Made by a program: the position numbers and the translations under genes. The notes under the pieces were generated by a model. That model saw only the letters and a list, made by a program, of their open reading frames with translations. It was not told where the DNA came from and did no database searches. A DNA stretch of 61,177 nt, the filler included. It is 5 parts of 5 records of this genome, joined end to end, with 100 filler letters (N's around TTAATTAATTAA, not from the genome) between each part and the next. Parts side by side here need not be neighbours in the genome. Positions count along the whole stretch, not along the records: positions 39,209 to 47,538 come from SRR31156797_35604; positions 47,639 to 54,710 come from SRR31156797_35605; 3 more parts are not named here. The stretch is one strand, 5' to 3'. Shown piece by piece: positions 39,209 to 48,859 of this stretch (position 1 is the stretch's first letter; every line of letters begins with the position of its first letter).

Positions 39209-40170
39209 GGAATGTCTTCTTTCATCTTTTTGTAGACTATCCTTTGCAGGTTGGCATAGATGAAAAGTGAGACCGGAGCACCTTTTGGAGGGTTGTGTCT
39301 GAAACGATATGTAATGCCTTCTGTTTCCCATAAATAGGAATCTCTGTAGACTTTTGGTGTTGATGTGGGATTGAAGTCTGGAAGTATGGATCGATGTTTC
39401 ATGAAATCGTATTTTTCGTCCAGATTGTCAGGTAGGTGTTTTTCAGCATAATCTTCGATATCCTTTATATCATAGCCTTTTTTGAACAATTCCTGTTTTT
39501 GTCGCATGGACCGTTCAATTCTTACTTCAGTTTGGAACCGGGATGATGTATTCTTTATGACTTTTTTGACATCACCTTTGTAAGTGAAGAAATCCTTTGA
39601 ATATACCTGCAGGCTTGCCCTGTCGATCATTAGTTCTGGGTATTCAATATGGTCCGAGTCGTGTTTGTAAAAATCATCTGTAAGGAGTGTATCCCATTCA
39701 AGATACTGATCCCTGACAAATTCTCTTTTAAAGTTTGAGAACTTTGATTTTTCCCTTTTCAAGAATTTGTCGACCTCTATTTCCTCTCCGTTTTCACTGT
39801 AGTAAGTACATAATTTATTGTTGAACTCTTTTAACCTGTCAATGGATTCAGGGCGAGATGAATAGTGTTCAATTTTTTCTTTATCTTCGGTTCCCAGGTG
39901 TTTACCTAGCAGTTCATAGAAAGGACATGGTTCACTTTCAAGAACATCCTCAAATAGTATGAATCGGTCGAAAAACCGGTTAAAAAGGTCAATGTCATAT
40001 TTGTTCTGTTTGTAATCTTCGAATACCGATTCTATTGATTTCCAGAAAGAAGTTGGTAGTTCATAAGACTTAACATCAGCAATTGGTATCTTGCTCTCAT
40101 CACCGAACAGTTTCTCAATGATCTGTTTGTTGGCATTTCTGTCAACTATGAAGTTGGAGGAAGTGTTCAT
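39209..40170 (-). CDS. Hypothetical protein of the integrated element, 3'-truncated
   Basis: At least 320 codons open; 4-nt ATGA overlap with the upstream ORF. Confidence 0.7.
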
Positions 40171-40367
40171 CCGATCAACCCTCTTGACTTTTTAAGTTCT
40201 TCAAGAGTTATTTCTCCACTTCTTACGGGTTCAAGAAGCTCATCCAACTTTTCATTTGCGATTTCATCGATCTTAAACCACAGTTGGAAGGATTGTGGCA
40301 TATGTTCAACGATCTGTTCATCTACTTTTTCAATAGAAGGTTTAATACCGGATACACTACTATTCAT
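40167..40367 (-). CDS. Small hypothetical protein (66 aa)
   Basis: AGGAGTG RBS; translationally coupled to the downstream ORF. Confidence 0.65.
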   Translation of the reverse strand: MNSSVSGIKPSIEKVDEQIVEHMPQSFQLWFKIDEIANEKLDELLEPVRSGEITLEELKKSRGLIG

Positions 40368-40543
40368 TAATGTACACTCCTAAGTGTGCGTTTATGCATC
40401 GGTTCAAGATCTTGCAGGATTTGTCGGACCGGTGCACATTCTGTTTTTTGTTCAATATTCGATACCGTTTACTCTTGTCGGGTTTTGGAGGATATTGTTC
40501 CTCAGACACAAGATTGGAGCACTATTATAAATAATCTAATAAG

Positions 40544-40599
40544 TGATGGGCAACGGAAAATGAGTCCCTATTGGTGGGCAATGGGAAATAAGTCCCCAC
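40544..40599. repeat. Tandem imperfect 28-bp direct repeat (operator- or iteron-like)
   Basis: TGATGGGCAACGGAAAATGAGTCCCTAT and TGGTGGGCAATGGGAAATAAGTCCCCAC, 22/28 identical. Confidence 0.7.
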
Positions 40600-40641
40600 T
40601 AGTCAGATGTTTTCAAATAGTTTGTATGAAAATTAATTGAT

Positions 40642-41586
40642 ATGAATGATCCAGACTCCACATATACATCAGATGACTTTGCTAAAGAAAATCTTCTGAA
40701 TAGTATAAATGAAAAAATCATCATGTATCTCATTATTAACAACAATGAGCCAACATATGCTGCAAAAATCGCAGGTGAATTTAAAGCTGATAGATCATGG
40801 TTAAAAGGAAGATGTGAAGCGTTGAAAGGTCAGGGTATTTTGTTATCAAAAAAAGAATTTGCTAAACGATATAAAGATGCTGATCACTACTACTTGGGTG
40901 ATATTGTAGACGTTTTGAATTATTTACATGAACATCAATCTAAAAACACTCTGCTTGATCATGTCATGACAAAGGAATATTATAGGTCACAAATTGATGA
41001 CCTTGTTTCCTATTTTGAAAATAAACGTGTATCTGCTGGATATACAGGTTTTTCATCTAAAGAAAAAGAAGTGATAAAAATAGGTCTTAAATATTCTAGG
41101 AAAATTCTATATTCGGTATTGGGTATCTATGATTGTGAGAAACTTTCAGAACAGCTTGTTTATGAATACAAGATTTTTGCCAAGCATTTAACTGAAGGTC
41201 GGTCTATATCTGTGTCAACAATTAATGCTGCTATAGCTGAAACAAAGCTACTTGGCGGAGATGAAAAATCTCTCCTTCTAAAAGAGATCTATGCCAAAGC
41301 AGAGGAGTTTTTGGATTCAAACTTTGATCGAACTATTAATGTGCTTGATAAAAATAAAATCCCTTTCTTGTTTGAACAATTTCTGTTTGATAATCCTTTT
41401 TTGGTGTATTTTACAGAAGAAAATGAGCGTGAACAACTTATCTCTGATCTTAAAAAAGTGAACCTTTTAGTTAACGATATGATTGATCCATCAATGAGCG
41501 AGCTTTTAGAAAAAGAAGGAAAAAAGAAGTATATGGACCATCCATTGTTCAAGTCAAACCGTTCATCTTTTTTAAAACTTGATTGA
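40642..41586 (+). CDS. Putative winged-helix regulator with unknown C-terminal domain
   Basis: NEKIIMYL...TYAAKIAGEFKADRSWLKGRCEALKGQGIL...YYL fits an ArsR/MarR-like wHTH. Confidence 0.6.
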   Translation: MNDPDSTYTSDDFAKENLLNSINEKIIMYLIINNNEPTYAAKIAGEFKADRSWLKGRCEALKGQGILLSKKEFAKRYKDADHYYLGDIVDVLNYLHEHQSKNTLLDHVMTKEYYRSQIDDLVSYFENKRVSAGYTGFSSKEKEVIKIGLKYSRKILYSVLGIYDCEKLSEQLVYEYKIFAKHLTEGRSISVSTINAAIAETKLLGGDEKSLLLKEIYAKAEEFLDSNFDRTINVLDKNKIPFLFEQFLFDNPFLVYFTEENEREQLISDLKKVNLLVNDMIDPSMSELLEKEGKKKYMDHPLFKSNRSSFLKLD

Positions 41587-42688
41587 TTCGGTCTTCAACC
41601 AATTCATCCACCTTTGATTGCATAAGTTGGGTGAGCTTATCATCAGCATTCTTCATTTCAGAATCCATCTTGATTGCTGTTTTCTGGTCAAGGACCATTG
41701 AACAGCTACTACAATATTTAGCATCATATGGGTTTAGGTTTTTACAGCGGGGGCATTCGATGGGTTTTAGTTCGAGCTTTTCTTTTTCAGTTTCATCTTC
41801 TATAATTCCATAGGATGCTAGTATCTGTTTCTCCACGTCCTCTCCTGATAAATGAATATATGTAGCGGGCATTTTAGAATCTGCTTCCCAACCTACAATA
41901 ATCCTCATTTCTGTTTCCTTGAAGCCACGCTTCATTAAGTCGGTGATTTTTCCATGCCTGAATGCATGTGGTTTGATATTTTTCTTTAAACCAGCATCTT
42001 TTCCTACTGTTTTAACCATGTTCTGAACAGTTCGTACGCTAAGCCTTTTAGGTTCGTTTCCGTTATTTCGTAACGTGATAAATAAAGGTGCTTTTGGGTC
42101 ATTTCTATGGGGGTGTTGGTTTATCCATGCTTGTAGGTCGGGAACTGCTTCAATGAGTCTTATTCTTCTCATTCCTGTCTTACCTTCCACAATTATTACA
42201 GCTCCATATTTGTCTATCTCTACATGCCCGATGTTTAGATTCATTACTTCACTTATTCTTGCGGCACTATCCCATAGTGTCATAACAATAGCTCTATCTC
42301 GCTGTGTTTTGCAGGCAGGTAAGAGTTTTTTCACATCAGCAGGAAGAATTAACTCTTTAACTGGCAAGTGGTTCTTTGGTGCTCTTGACTTGATATTGTC
42401 AAAGAAGTCATTTTCAGGCTTTAACCACTTAAAGAAAAGTCTCAGGTCCACAATGTCGTTATGAACTGTTTTTGGTTTGTTGTTCTTTCTTCTGTAAAGG
42501 ATGTAGTTTTCAACATCCTTTTTAGTAATATCATTGGCATTTTTGTTATCGTGATATTTCAGGAAGGTATATACTTTCCATAGTTTAGTGTTAATTGTTG
42601 CTTCTTTGAAGTTATTGAGATCAAGGTTTCTCTTGTAGTCTTCCATAATCTCTTTATTTTCTCCTTCTATCTCAGGCGCATATTTCAT
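41549..42688 (-). CDS. Tyrosine recombinase/integrase with C-terminal zinc ribbon
   Basis: SAARISE (R), GKTG (K), HAFRH (HxxR), VGW, TYIH (Y); CPRC-x10-CSSC. Confidence 0.93.
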   Translation of the reverse strand: MKYAPEIEGENKEIMEDYKRNLDLNNFKEATINTKLWKVYTFLKYHDNKNANDITKKDVENYILYRRKNNKPKTVHNDIVDLRLFFKWLKPENDFFDNIKSRAPKNHLPVKELILPADVKKLLPACKTQRDRAIVMTLWDSAARISEVMNLNIGHVEIDKYGAVIIVEGKTGMRRIRLIEAVPDLQAWINQHPHRNDPKAPLFITLRNNGNEPKRLSVRTVQNMVKTVGKDAGLKKNIKPHAFRHGKITDLMKRGFKETEMRIIVGWEADSKMPATYIHLSGEDVEKQILASYGIIEDETEKEKLELKPIECPRCKNLNPYDAKYCSSCSMVLDQKTAIKMDSEMKNADDKLTQLMQSKVDELVEDRINQVLKKMNGLT

Positions 42689-42736
42689 ACTTTATAATAT
42701 GCTTTATACACTTAAAAATATTACGTAACCCTGTAA

Positions 42737-42796
42737 GCAGGGCTTAGGACCCTGTCTCGTAGGAGTTCGTGCGTTCGAATCGCACCTCCCGCACCA
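42737..42796 (+). pseudogene. 3' fragment of tRNA-Leu(UAG), probable attR
   Basis: CAGGG-CTTAGGA-CCCTG anticodon arm, long variable arm, GTGCG-TTCGAAT-CGCAC T arm, ...CCCGCACCA end; no 5' acceptor strand or D arm upstream. Confidence 0.85.
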
Positions 42797-43255
42797 GTTT
42801 ATATATTTTGCTCAATGGTTCATGCAATCCTGAAGTGCCTGTCATGCTTACGACTATCACTTTTATGGGAAAAAAGCTATTTTTAAATTATCGATATGCA
42901 GAGTAAGTGTTGAGGGTAATATATTTCTATTCACCTTTTCGGACCGCGCCGGCTTCGCCGGGACCCTCCGGGATGTTTAAGCTATTCATGACTTTCGATT
43001 AGTCAAAATAATAATTCTCTGCATCCTTGTGTTTCTAACAATTCTACAGAAAATCATTGATTAACAAAGAACCACGTTACCACCCGCCGCAGGCGGCGTT
43101 TTCCTTCACTACGAGCCTGAAGATTATTGAAATAATGCAGTTATTTAAAATTGTTGAGGTCAAAGCTATACTTATCAGGAACAATTGCTACCATCACTCT
43201 TTTTCTGTCCATATGCTATTGGACTTTAGTGCATGTATTCTTTGTCGAATAAAGT

Positions 43256-43504
43256 CTAAAAATCATGGTATGTCTGACTAATTCCTATTGCTGAAACTCC
43301 CAGAATGCCAAGTCCTGCTACAATGAATAGAAATACATATTGATTTGGCAGGTCAAATAATTCGAAGAACGCTGTAATTATTATATTGCCGAATGTGCAA
43401 AGGAAAACTCCAACTAAAAGACCTGCATAAAAGAATATTTGTGGATTAGCATCTTCCTTTTCCGTATTCGCACCGCCATATCTCATACGAGAATATAAAA
43501 TCAA
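43256..43504 (-). CDS. Small two-TM membrane protein
   Basis: Two hydrophobic segments; start codon uncertain. Confidence 0.45.
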   Translation of the reverse strand: MILYSRMRYGGANTEKEDANPQIFFYAGLLVGVFLCTFGNIIITAFFELFDLPNQYVFLFIVAGLGILGVSAIGISQTYHDF

Positions 43505-43663
43505 ATCTTTTTAATCTATTTAGTATGTTTCTTCAGGAACTATATAGATATGTAGAGTGCTAAAGTTTCTATTGAAATATGGTATTTGGTTAATACAACG
43601 ATATCTGCCGGGATGGGTGTGAGTAAGAATTAGCATCGCTTGAAAATATGCAGGCCCTGTTCA

Positions 43664-44854
43664 CTATTCTGCAATGCTCAAATCAATACAGACAGAATCC
43701 ACTATCTGTGTACTCTCATTCAGCAAGTCCAGCTCTAAAATATAATCGCCTGTAGTGGCAAACTGAAGCTGGTTTGAATAATTGATGCCCTTTGCCGTAT
43801 CATCGTAGGGGGAAACACTCAGGTCGATTTCAAAATAAAAACTTTCCAGTACTTCGCCTGTTTTTGCGTTAATCATGTTGCTTCTTACTGTGTATTCTTT
43901 CAGGCTTGATGTGGGGTTGGAAACTGAGAAATAGACTGACATTGAGTCATCTGTTGAAGGTTTCCTTTCTTCTGTGGTATTTTCCTTGCGGATAAAAGTG
44001 TAACCGTTTTCATAGTTGCCGTCAAGACGTAGTAGTCCTATGTCGTACATATCGTACCTGTTTGTGAAGCTCAGGCAACTAAAACCACTGTTGCTGCGGT
44101 CTGTAATGTAGATTGACCCTTCTGTTTGGCTATCTGGTGCATCATTTAGTATCTCGATGGTAAAGGCCATGTTTGTCGGTTCTATTTTGCTGACAAATTC
44201 TGCATTGAACTCATCCCATGCAACAGGTACTGCAATATGGCTGTCTTTGTTTTGGAAAACACCTGCAGTAATCGCTCCGCTGGTATCTGTCAGGTAAATG
44301 TATTCATCATCGTAACCAACTGCGAGAATTGCGTGTCCCTCTTTGATGCCATCGTTACCTTCGTACTGGAATGCCATAAGGATGGGCTGTCCCCTGTCAA
44401 TGCTGCTTCGCACAACTTCCTTGAAGCTATCCGGATTAAGCTGGCCCAGATGATATCCCCATATTGTTTTTTTCATGGTGAGGGAAGCTGTTTCCTCTGC
44501 ATGATCTTTCAGGGAATTGTCATAGGGGTTGTATTGCTCTGTAAAAGTTTCATCATGTCCGGAATCAAAATAGTCTGCAATTTCCCAGGGTTCTACGGAG
44601 CAGTTATTGTAATTATACATCATTGCCAGGTCGTAGTAGAGGCACCAGCAGGTGTCTCCCTGATTGTAGTATGGTACTGAAAGAACGTTCTTTTGCAGGA
44701 TATCAGCTTCGCTTGTTGTGCTTTCAGAAGATCCTCCACTTGTTACAGCGCTAGCTGAGAATAGAATTAAAACACAGGCAAATGCAATTATTGCTTTGCT
44801 GACAAAAGCAAAGCTATTTCTCCGAATGGTTTTAGGATCCCCCGATCCGCTCAT
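43664..44854 (-). CDS. Secreted C39-like (papain-fold) peptidase
   Basis: Signal peptide; VPYYNQGDTCWC; IDRGQPI; GHAILAVGYD; YLTDT. Confidence 0.75.
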   Translation of the reverse strand: MSGSGDPKTIRRNSFAFVSKAIIAFACVLILFSASAVTSGGSSESTTSEADILQKNVLSVPYYNQGDTCWCLYYDLAMMYNYNNCSVEPWEIADYFDSGHDETFTEQYNPYDNSLKDHAEETASLTMKKTIWGYHLGQLNPDSFKEVVRSSIDRGQPILMAFQYEGNDGIKEGHAILAVGYDDEYIYLTDTSGAITAGVFQNKDSHIAVPVAWDEFNAEFVSKIEPTNMAFTIEILNDAPDSQTEGSIYITDRSNSGFSCLSFTNRYDMYDIGLLRLDGNYENGYTFIRKENTTEERKPSTDDSMSVYFSVSNPTSSLKEYTVRSNMINAKTGEVLESFYFEIDLSVSPYDDTAKGINYSNQLQFATTGDYILELDLLNESTQIVDSVCIDLSIAE

Positions 44855-45133
44855 ACTCCGTAAACTCCTGTTTTTGTTTTTCAGGGTGCATGTCAGCCTC
44901 CTCTGTGGGATAATTTGCAGCTAGCATGCATCAATGCACATTTGCATTGCACACCTGTGATTATTTCTAAACGTTTCATCAGATATATAGCTTCTCGATA
45001 GCGAAAAAGTGCTAATTGTTATGATGATGATGTATGTGGCCATGTGCGGTGTTACTGTTACACAACAAATCTGGCACTTCGGGCAAAAACAGTATGGAAA
45101 ATGTTATGTATAAGGGCGCTTTTCTAGACTAAT

Positions 45134-47380
45134 GTGCCAGGTGACGACGGTATTCGGGTAAGTCTCAGCAGGGACTTAACGCTTTTCGACATTACGATGA
45201 TAGGCATTGCCGGAATGATAGGTGCGGGTATATTCGCTCTAACAGGCATAGCAACGGGAATTGCAGGCCCTGCGGTTTTGCTTGCATTTCTTTTGAATGG
45301 TATTGTTGCGACCTTTACGGGTCTGGCCTATGCGGAACTGGGTTCTGCCATACCTGAAGCAGGTGGAAGTTACCTCTGGGTAAAAGAGGGTATTGGTAAT
45401 CACTTCGGATTCCTGGCCGGCTGGGTCGACTGGGCAGCCCATACAATCGCATGTTCTTTATATGCAGTCACATTCGGTGCATTCTTTTCAGAATTCGTAA
45501 TTCACTTTTTAGGATATGATGGAGTCTCTCAGGGTTCTTTGATCAGCATTTCTGCATTTGCGATTGTCACTCTCATGGCATACATTAACTATCTTGGTGC
45601 AAAGGAAAGCGGAAGGATCGGCGGTATGGTGACTCTGTTCAAAGTTGCCATTCTTGTAGTGTTCGCATGTTTTGGTATTTACAGGACATTTCTCACGCCT
45701 GACTGGTCTGTTGCATTTCTTGCAAATCCTTCGTTCCTTCCTAATGGTATAGGTGGCCTTCTTGTTGCAATGGGCCTCACATTCATAGCATTTGAAGGGT
45801 ACGAGATAATTGCCCAGAGTGGTGAGGAGGTCAAGAACCCGGAAAAGAACATACCTCGTGCTATACTACTTTCACTGTGGGTTGCTGTTATTATCTATAT
45901 AATGGTGGCTTTTGCCCTGATAGGCGCCATTAAGGTAGATGGGCCAAGCTGGATATATCTTGGACAGCTTGGTGAATTCAGTATGATCCGGGTTGCAGAC
46001 CAGATAATGGCATTCGGTTCCATCCTTATTATCGCAGGTGGATTTGTTTCTACGATAAGTGCCATGAATGCTACTGTTTATTCCTCTTCCAGGGTTGCGT
46101 TTGCCCTTGGCAGGATGGGCTATTTGCCTGAAGCTCTTTCCCGGATCAATGAAAAGAAGAGAACACCTCATTATGCTATCCTCTTCAGTTATTTCATAAT
46201 TGCAAGTATGACTTTTGCTCCTATCGAGACGGTTGCTTCTGCAGCAAATATAATGTTCCTTATTCTTTTCATTCTGGTCAATTCAGTACTTATTATACTA
46301 AGGTTTAGAAGACCTGATCTAAAGAGGGCCTTTAAGATGCCCTTTGCTCCTTATCTTCCTATTCTTGCAATAGTTGTTCAGCTTGTCATTGGTTATTTCC
46401 TTGTAACAAACATCGAACAAACAACGTTTATTGCAGGAATAACTATATTCTGGGTACTGGCAGGTTCTCTCTTCTATTTCTCTTATTCCGAGAAAGAAAT
46501 CAAGAGACGCTCAAAACATCTCATTAAGAAGGTCTACGAGGAAAAACCATTTGCTGAAAAAGGGTACAAGATACTGGTGCCTATTAAGAACATAGCCAAT
46601 GCAGGTGATCTTGCAGACCTTGCTAATATTATTGCAAAGGAAAAGAATGGACATGTTGTATTCCTGAAGGTTCTTACTTTCCCTGAGCAGACTCCTCTTT
46701 CCGCATCAGATGGTATGGTTGAGGAAAGGCGGTCCATGATGAGGGGGCTGATTAATAGTGTTGATGTTCCTGCAGGTGGTATTATCAAGGTTGGAAGGAG
46801 TGCATCTGATTCGATTCTTGATACTATAGAGGAAGAAAAGCCTGACATGCTTATCATGGGCTGGAGGGGCAGAACGTTCCGCCGTGACTTTGTGCTGGGC
46901 AGTACCCTTGATCCTCTCTTGCTTAAGGCACCCTGTGATGTTGTAGTTGCCAGGTTTGGTCCGGGCAAGTCTCTCAGGAATGTCAGGGATATATTGCTGC
47001 CTACTGCAGGAGGTCCCCATGCTTCTCTTGCAGCTGAGCTTGCCAGGGACCTGGCGGTTTCAAAGGATGCAAATGTGACTTTGTTTAATGTAGGCAGGTC
47101 TGCTGAGGATGAAAGCAGGGCTATGGTGGCCTTTAGAAAGCTTGAGGACTTCTTTGAAGGCGTTGCTTATACCAAGAAATTTGCCGTATCAGACAATATC
47201 GAAAAGGGTCTGTCTAGTGAGGCAAAGACGAAGGATTTGGTCTTCATAGGTGCCACTACCAGGCCATTCCTTAAGAATTTCCTCAGGGGGGTCTTCCCTG
47301 AGAAGATTATCAGCAATACTGATACTACTGTTATAATGACGAGAAAATGGGTCAAGCTCATGGATGTTATTAAAAAGTAA
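45134..47380 (+). CDS. APC-family amino acid permease fused to two USP domains
   Basis: GMIGAGIF, YAELGSAIPEAGG, AFEGYE...EEVKNP; KILVP...IMGWRG and ILLPTAGGPHA USP domains. Confidence 0.92.
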   Translation: MPGDDGIRVSLSRDLTLFDITMIGIAGMIGAGIFALTGIATGIAGPAVLLAFLLNGIVATFTGLAYAELGSAIPEAGGSYLWVKEGIGNHFGFLAGWVDWAAHTIACSLYAVTFGAFFSEFVIHFLGYDGVSQGSLISISAFAIVTLMAYINYLGAKESGRIGGMVTLFKVAILVVFACFGIYRTFLTPDWSVAFLANPSFLPNGIGGLLVAMGLTFIAFEGYEIIAQSGEEVKNPEKNIPRAILLSLWVAVIIYIMVAFALIGAIKVDGPSWIYLGQLGEFSMIRVADQIMAFGSILIIAGGFVSTISAMNATVYSSSRVAFALGRMGYLPEALSRINEKKRTPHYAILFSYFIIASMTFAPIETVASAANIMFLILFILVNSVLIILRFRRPDLKRAFKMPFAPYLPILAIVVQLVIGYFLVTNIEQTTFIAGITIFWVLAGSLFYFSYSEKEIKRRSKHLIKKVYEEKPFAEKGYKILVPIKNIANAGDLADLANIIAKEKNGHVVFLKVLTFPEQTPLSASDGMVEERRSMMRGLINSVDVPAGGIIKVGRSASDSILDTIEEEKPDMLIMGWRGRTFRRDFVLGSTLDPLLLKAPCDVVVARFGPGKSLRNVRDILLPTAGGPHASLAAELARDLAVSKDANVTLFNVGRSAEDESRAMVAFRKLEDFFEGVAYTKKFAVSDNIEKGLSSEAKTKDLVFIGATTRPFLKNFLRGVFPEKIISNTDTTVIMTRKWVKLMDVIKK

Positions 47381-47538
47381 AGATAATTTTTTTCGTTTTC
47401 CTTCTTTTTTCACGGAATTCCGGTCTATTTTTCATATATTGTTTAAAACTTCTCTTGTATGTGGGACTGATTTTGTGTGGCTTGTCCACAATGCTTTTAT
47501 ACTAAGCTTGTTATGTAAGGGTGCTCGCGAGGAGCTCA

Positions 47539-47638
47539 NNNNNNNNNNNNNNNNNNNNNNNNNNNNNNNNNNNNNNNNNNNNTTAATTAATTAANNNNNN
47601 NNNNNNNNNNNNNNNNNNNNNNNNNNNNNNNNNNNNNN
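47539..47638. other. Artificial contig linker
   Basis: N-run, TTAATTAATTAA, N-run. Confidence 0.98.
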
Positions 47639-48749
47639 TGCCGTTGATCTGCCCGGCCAGGAACAGGCGCGGTACGCGCTTGGTTTCGAGGGTCGGATAG
47701 AGCTCGCGCGAATCGACGAAGTCGTATTCGATGGCATAGCCGGGGCGCATCATGACGGCCTTTTCCAGGCCCGGAATGGTTTTCAGCAAACCCTCCTGAA
47801 CGTCCCGGGGCAGGGATGTCGAGATGCCGTTCGGATAGACGGTGTGATCGTCCAGGCCTTCGGGCTCCAGGAAGATCTGATGGCGGTCGCGGCCGGCAAA
47901 GCGCACCACCTTGTCCTCGATGCTCGGGCAGTAGCGCGGACCGGTGCCCTGAATCTGTCCGGAATAAAGCGGCGCCCGGTCCATGCTGGCGTGAATCAGG
48001 GCGTGGGTCTCGGGCGTCGTACCGGTGATGTGGCAGGGCACCTGCGGCGTTTCTATGCGGGCCGTCAGATAGGAAAAGGGCACCGGCGGATCGTCGCCCG
48101 GCTGTACCACGAGCCCGTCCCAATCGATGGTCCGGCCGTCGAGGCGCGGTGGCGTGCCGGTCTTCAGGCGGCCCAATTCAAACCCGCACCGTTCGAAGGT
48201 GTCGCTCAGCCCCATCGAAGGGGCGTCGCCGACCCGTCCGGCCGGGATCTGTTCCTCGCCGATGTGGATCATGCCGCGCAGGAAGGTGCCGGTGGTGATG
48301 ACGATGGCGCCGGCCCGGATTTCCTCGCCGTCACCGGTAATTACCCCGGCGGCGGTGCCCGCGGCATCGATGATCAGGTCTTCGGCGGCGCCTTCGCGGA
48401 TGTCCAGCCCCGGTTGCTCGGCCAGCAACTCGGCCATGGCCGAGCGGTAGAGCTTGCGGTCGGCCTGCGCCCGCGGTCCCTGGACGGCCGGGCCCTTGCT
48501 TTTGTTCAGCACGCGGAACTGAATGCCGGCCCGGTCGATGGCCCGTCCCATGACGCCGTCCATGGCGTCGATCTCGCGCACCAGTTGGCCCTTGGCGAGG
48601 CCGCCGATGGCCGGGTTGCAGGACATCTCGCCGATGGTGTCGCGGCGGTGGGTCAACAGCAGGGTGCGGGCACCGGCGCGGGCCGCGGCGGCCGCGGCCT
48701 CGGCTCCGGCGTGTCCGCCGCCGACAACGATGACGTCATAGGAATTCAT
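47639..48749 (-). CDS. mnmG: tRNA U34 modification enzyme MnmG/GidA, 3'-truncated
   Basis: [49 protein letters not shown]; start ATG 48749. Confidence 0.96.
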
Positions 48750-48839
48750 GGCCGGGAAGGTAGGGACGGGGGGCCCGCAAGTCAAACCCTTCGGGCGGCA
48801 ATCGGCGGGATAGCAGCCATTTTCGACCGGGACCCGGGA

Positions 48840-48855
48840 TGTTTCACGTGAAACA
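48840..48855. promoter_or_regulatory. parS centromere-like site
   Basis: Perfect palindrome TGTTTCACGTGAAACA between mnmE and mnmG. Confidence 0.92.
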
Positions 48856-48859
48856 GAGC

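Larger units (their letters stand above)
39209..42796. mobile_element. Right end of an integrated element (provirus or integrative plasmid) targeting tRNA-Leu(UAG)
   Basis: Tyrosine integrase directly beside a 3' tRNA fragment; AT-rich unknown ORFs; divergent regulator. Confidence 0.8.

Noticed and set aside
40544-40599. Mini CRISPR array
   Set aside because: Only two abutting imperfect copies, no spacer and no cas genes. No CRISPR array was seen anywhere in the window.
42737-42796. Intact or split tRNA-Leu gene
   Set aside because: The 5' acceptor strand and D arm are missing and an integrase is adjacent; an att duplication explains it better.
47480-47538. TATA-like box at the end of contig 3, possibly a stable-RNA promoter
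   Set aside because: The contig ends before any recognisable rRNA or tRNA sequence.
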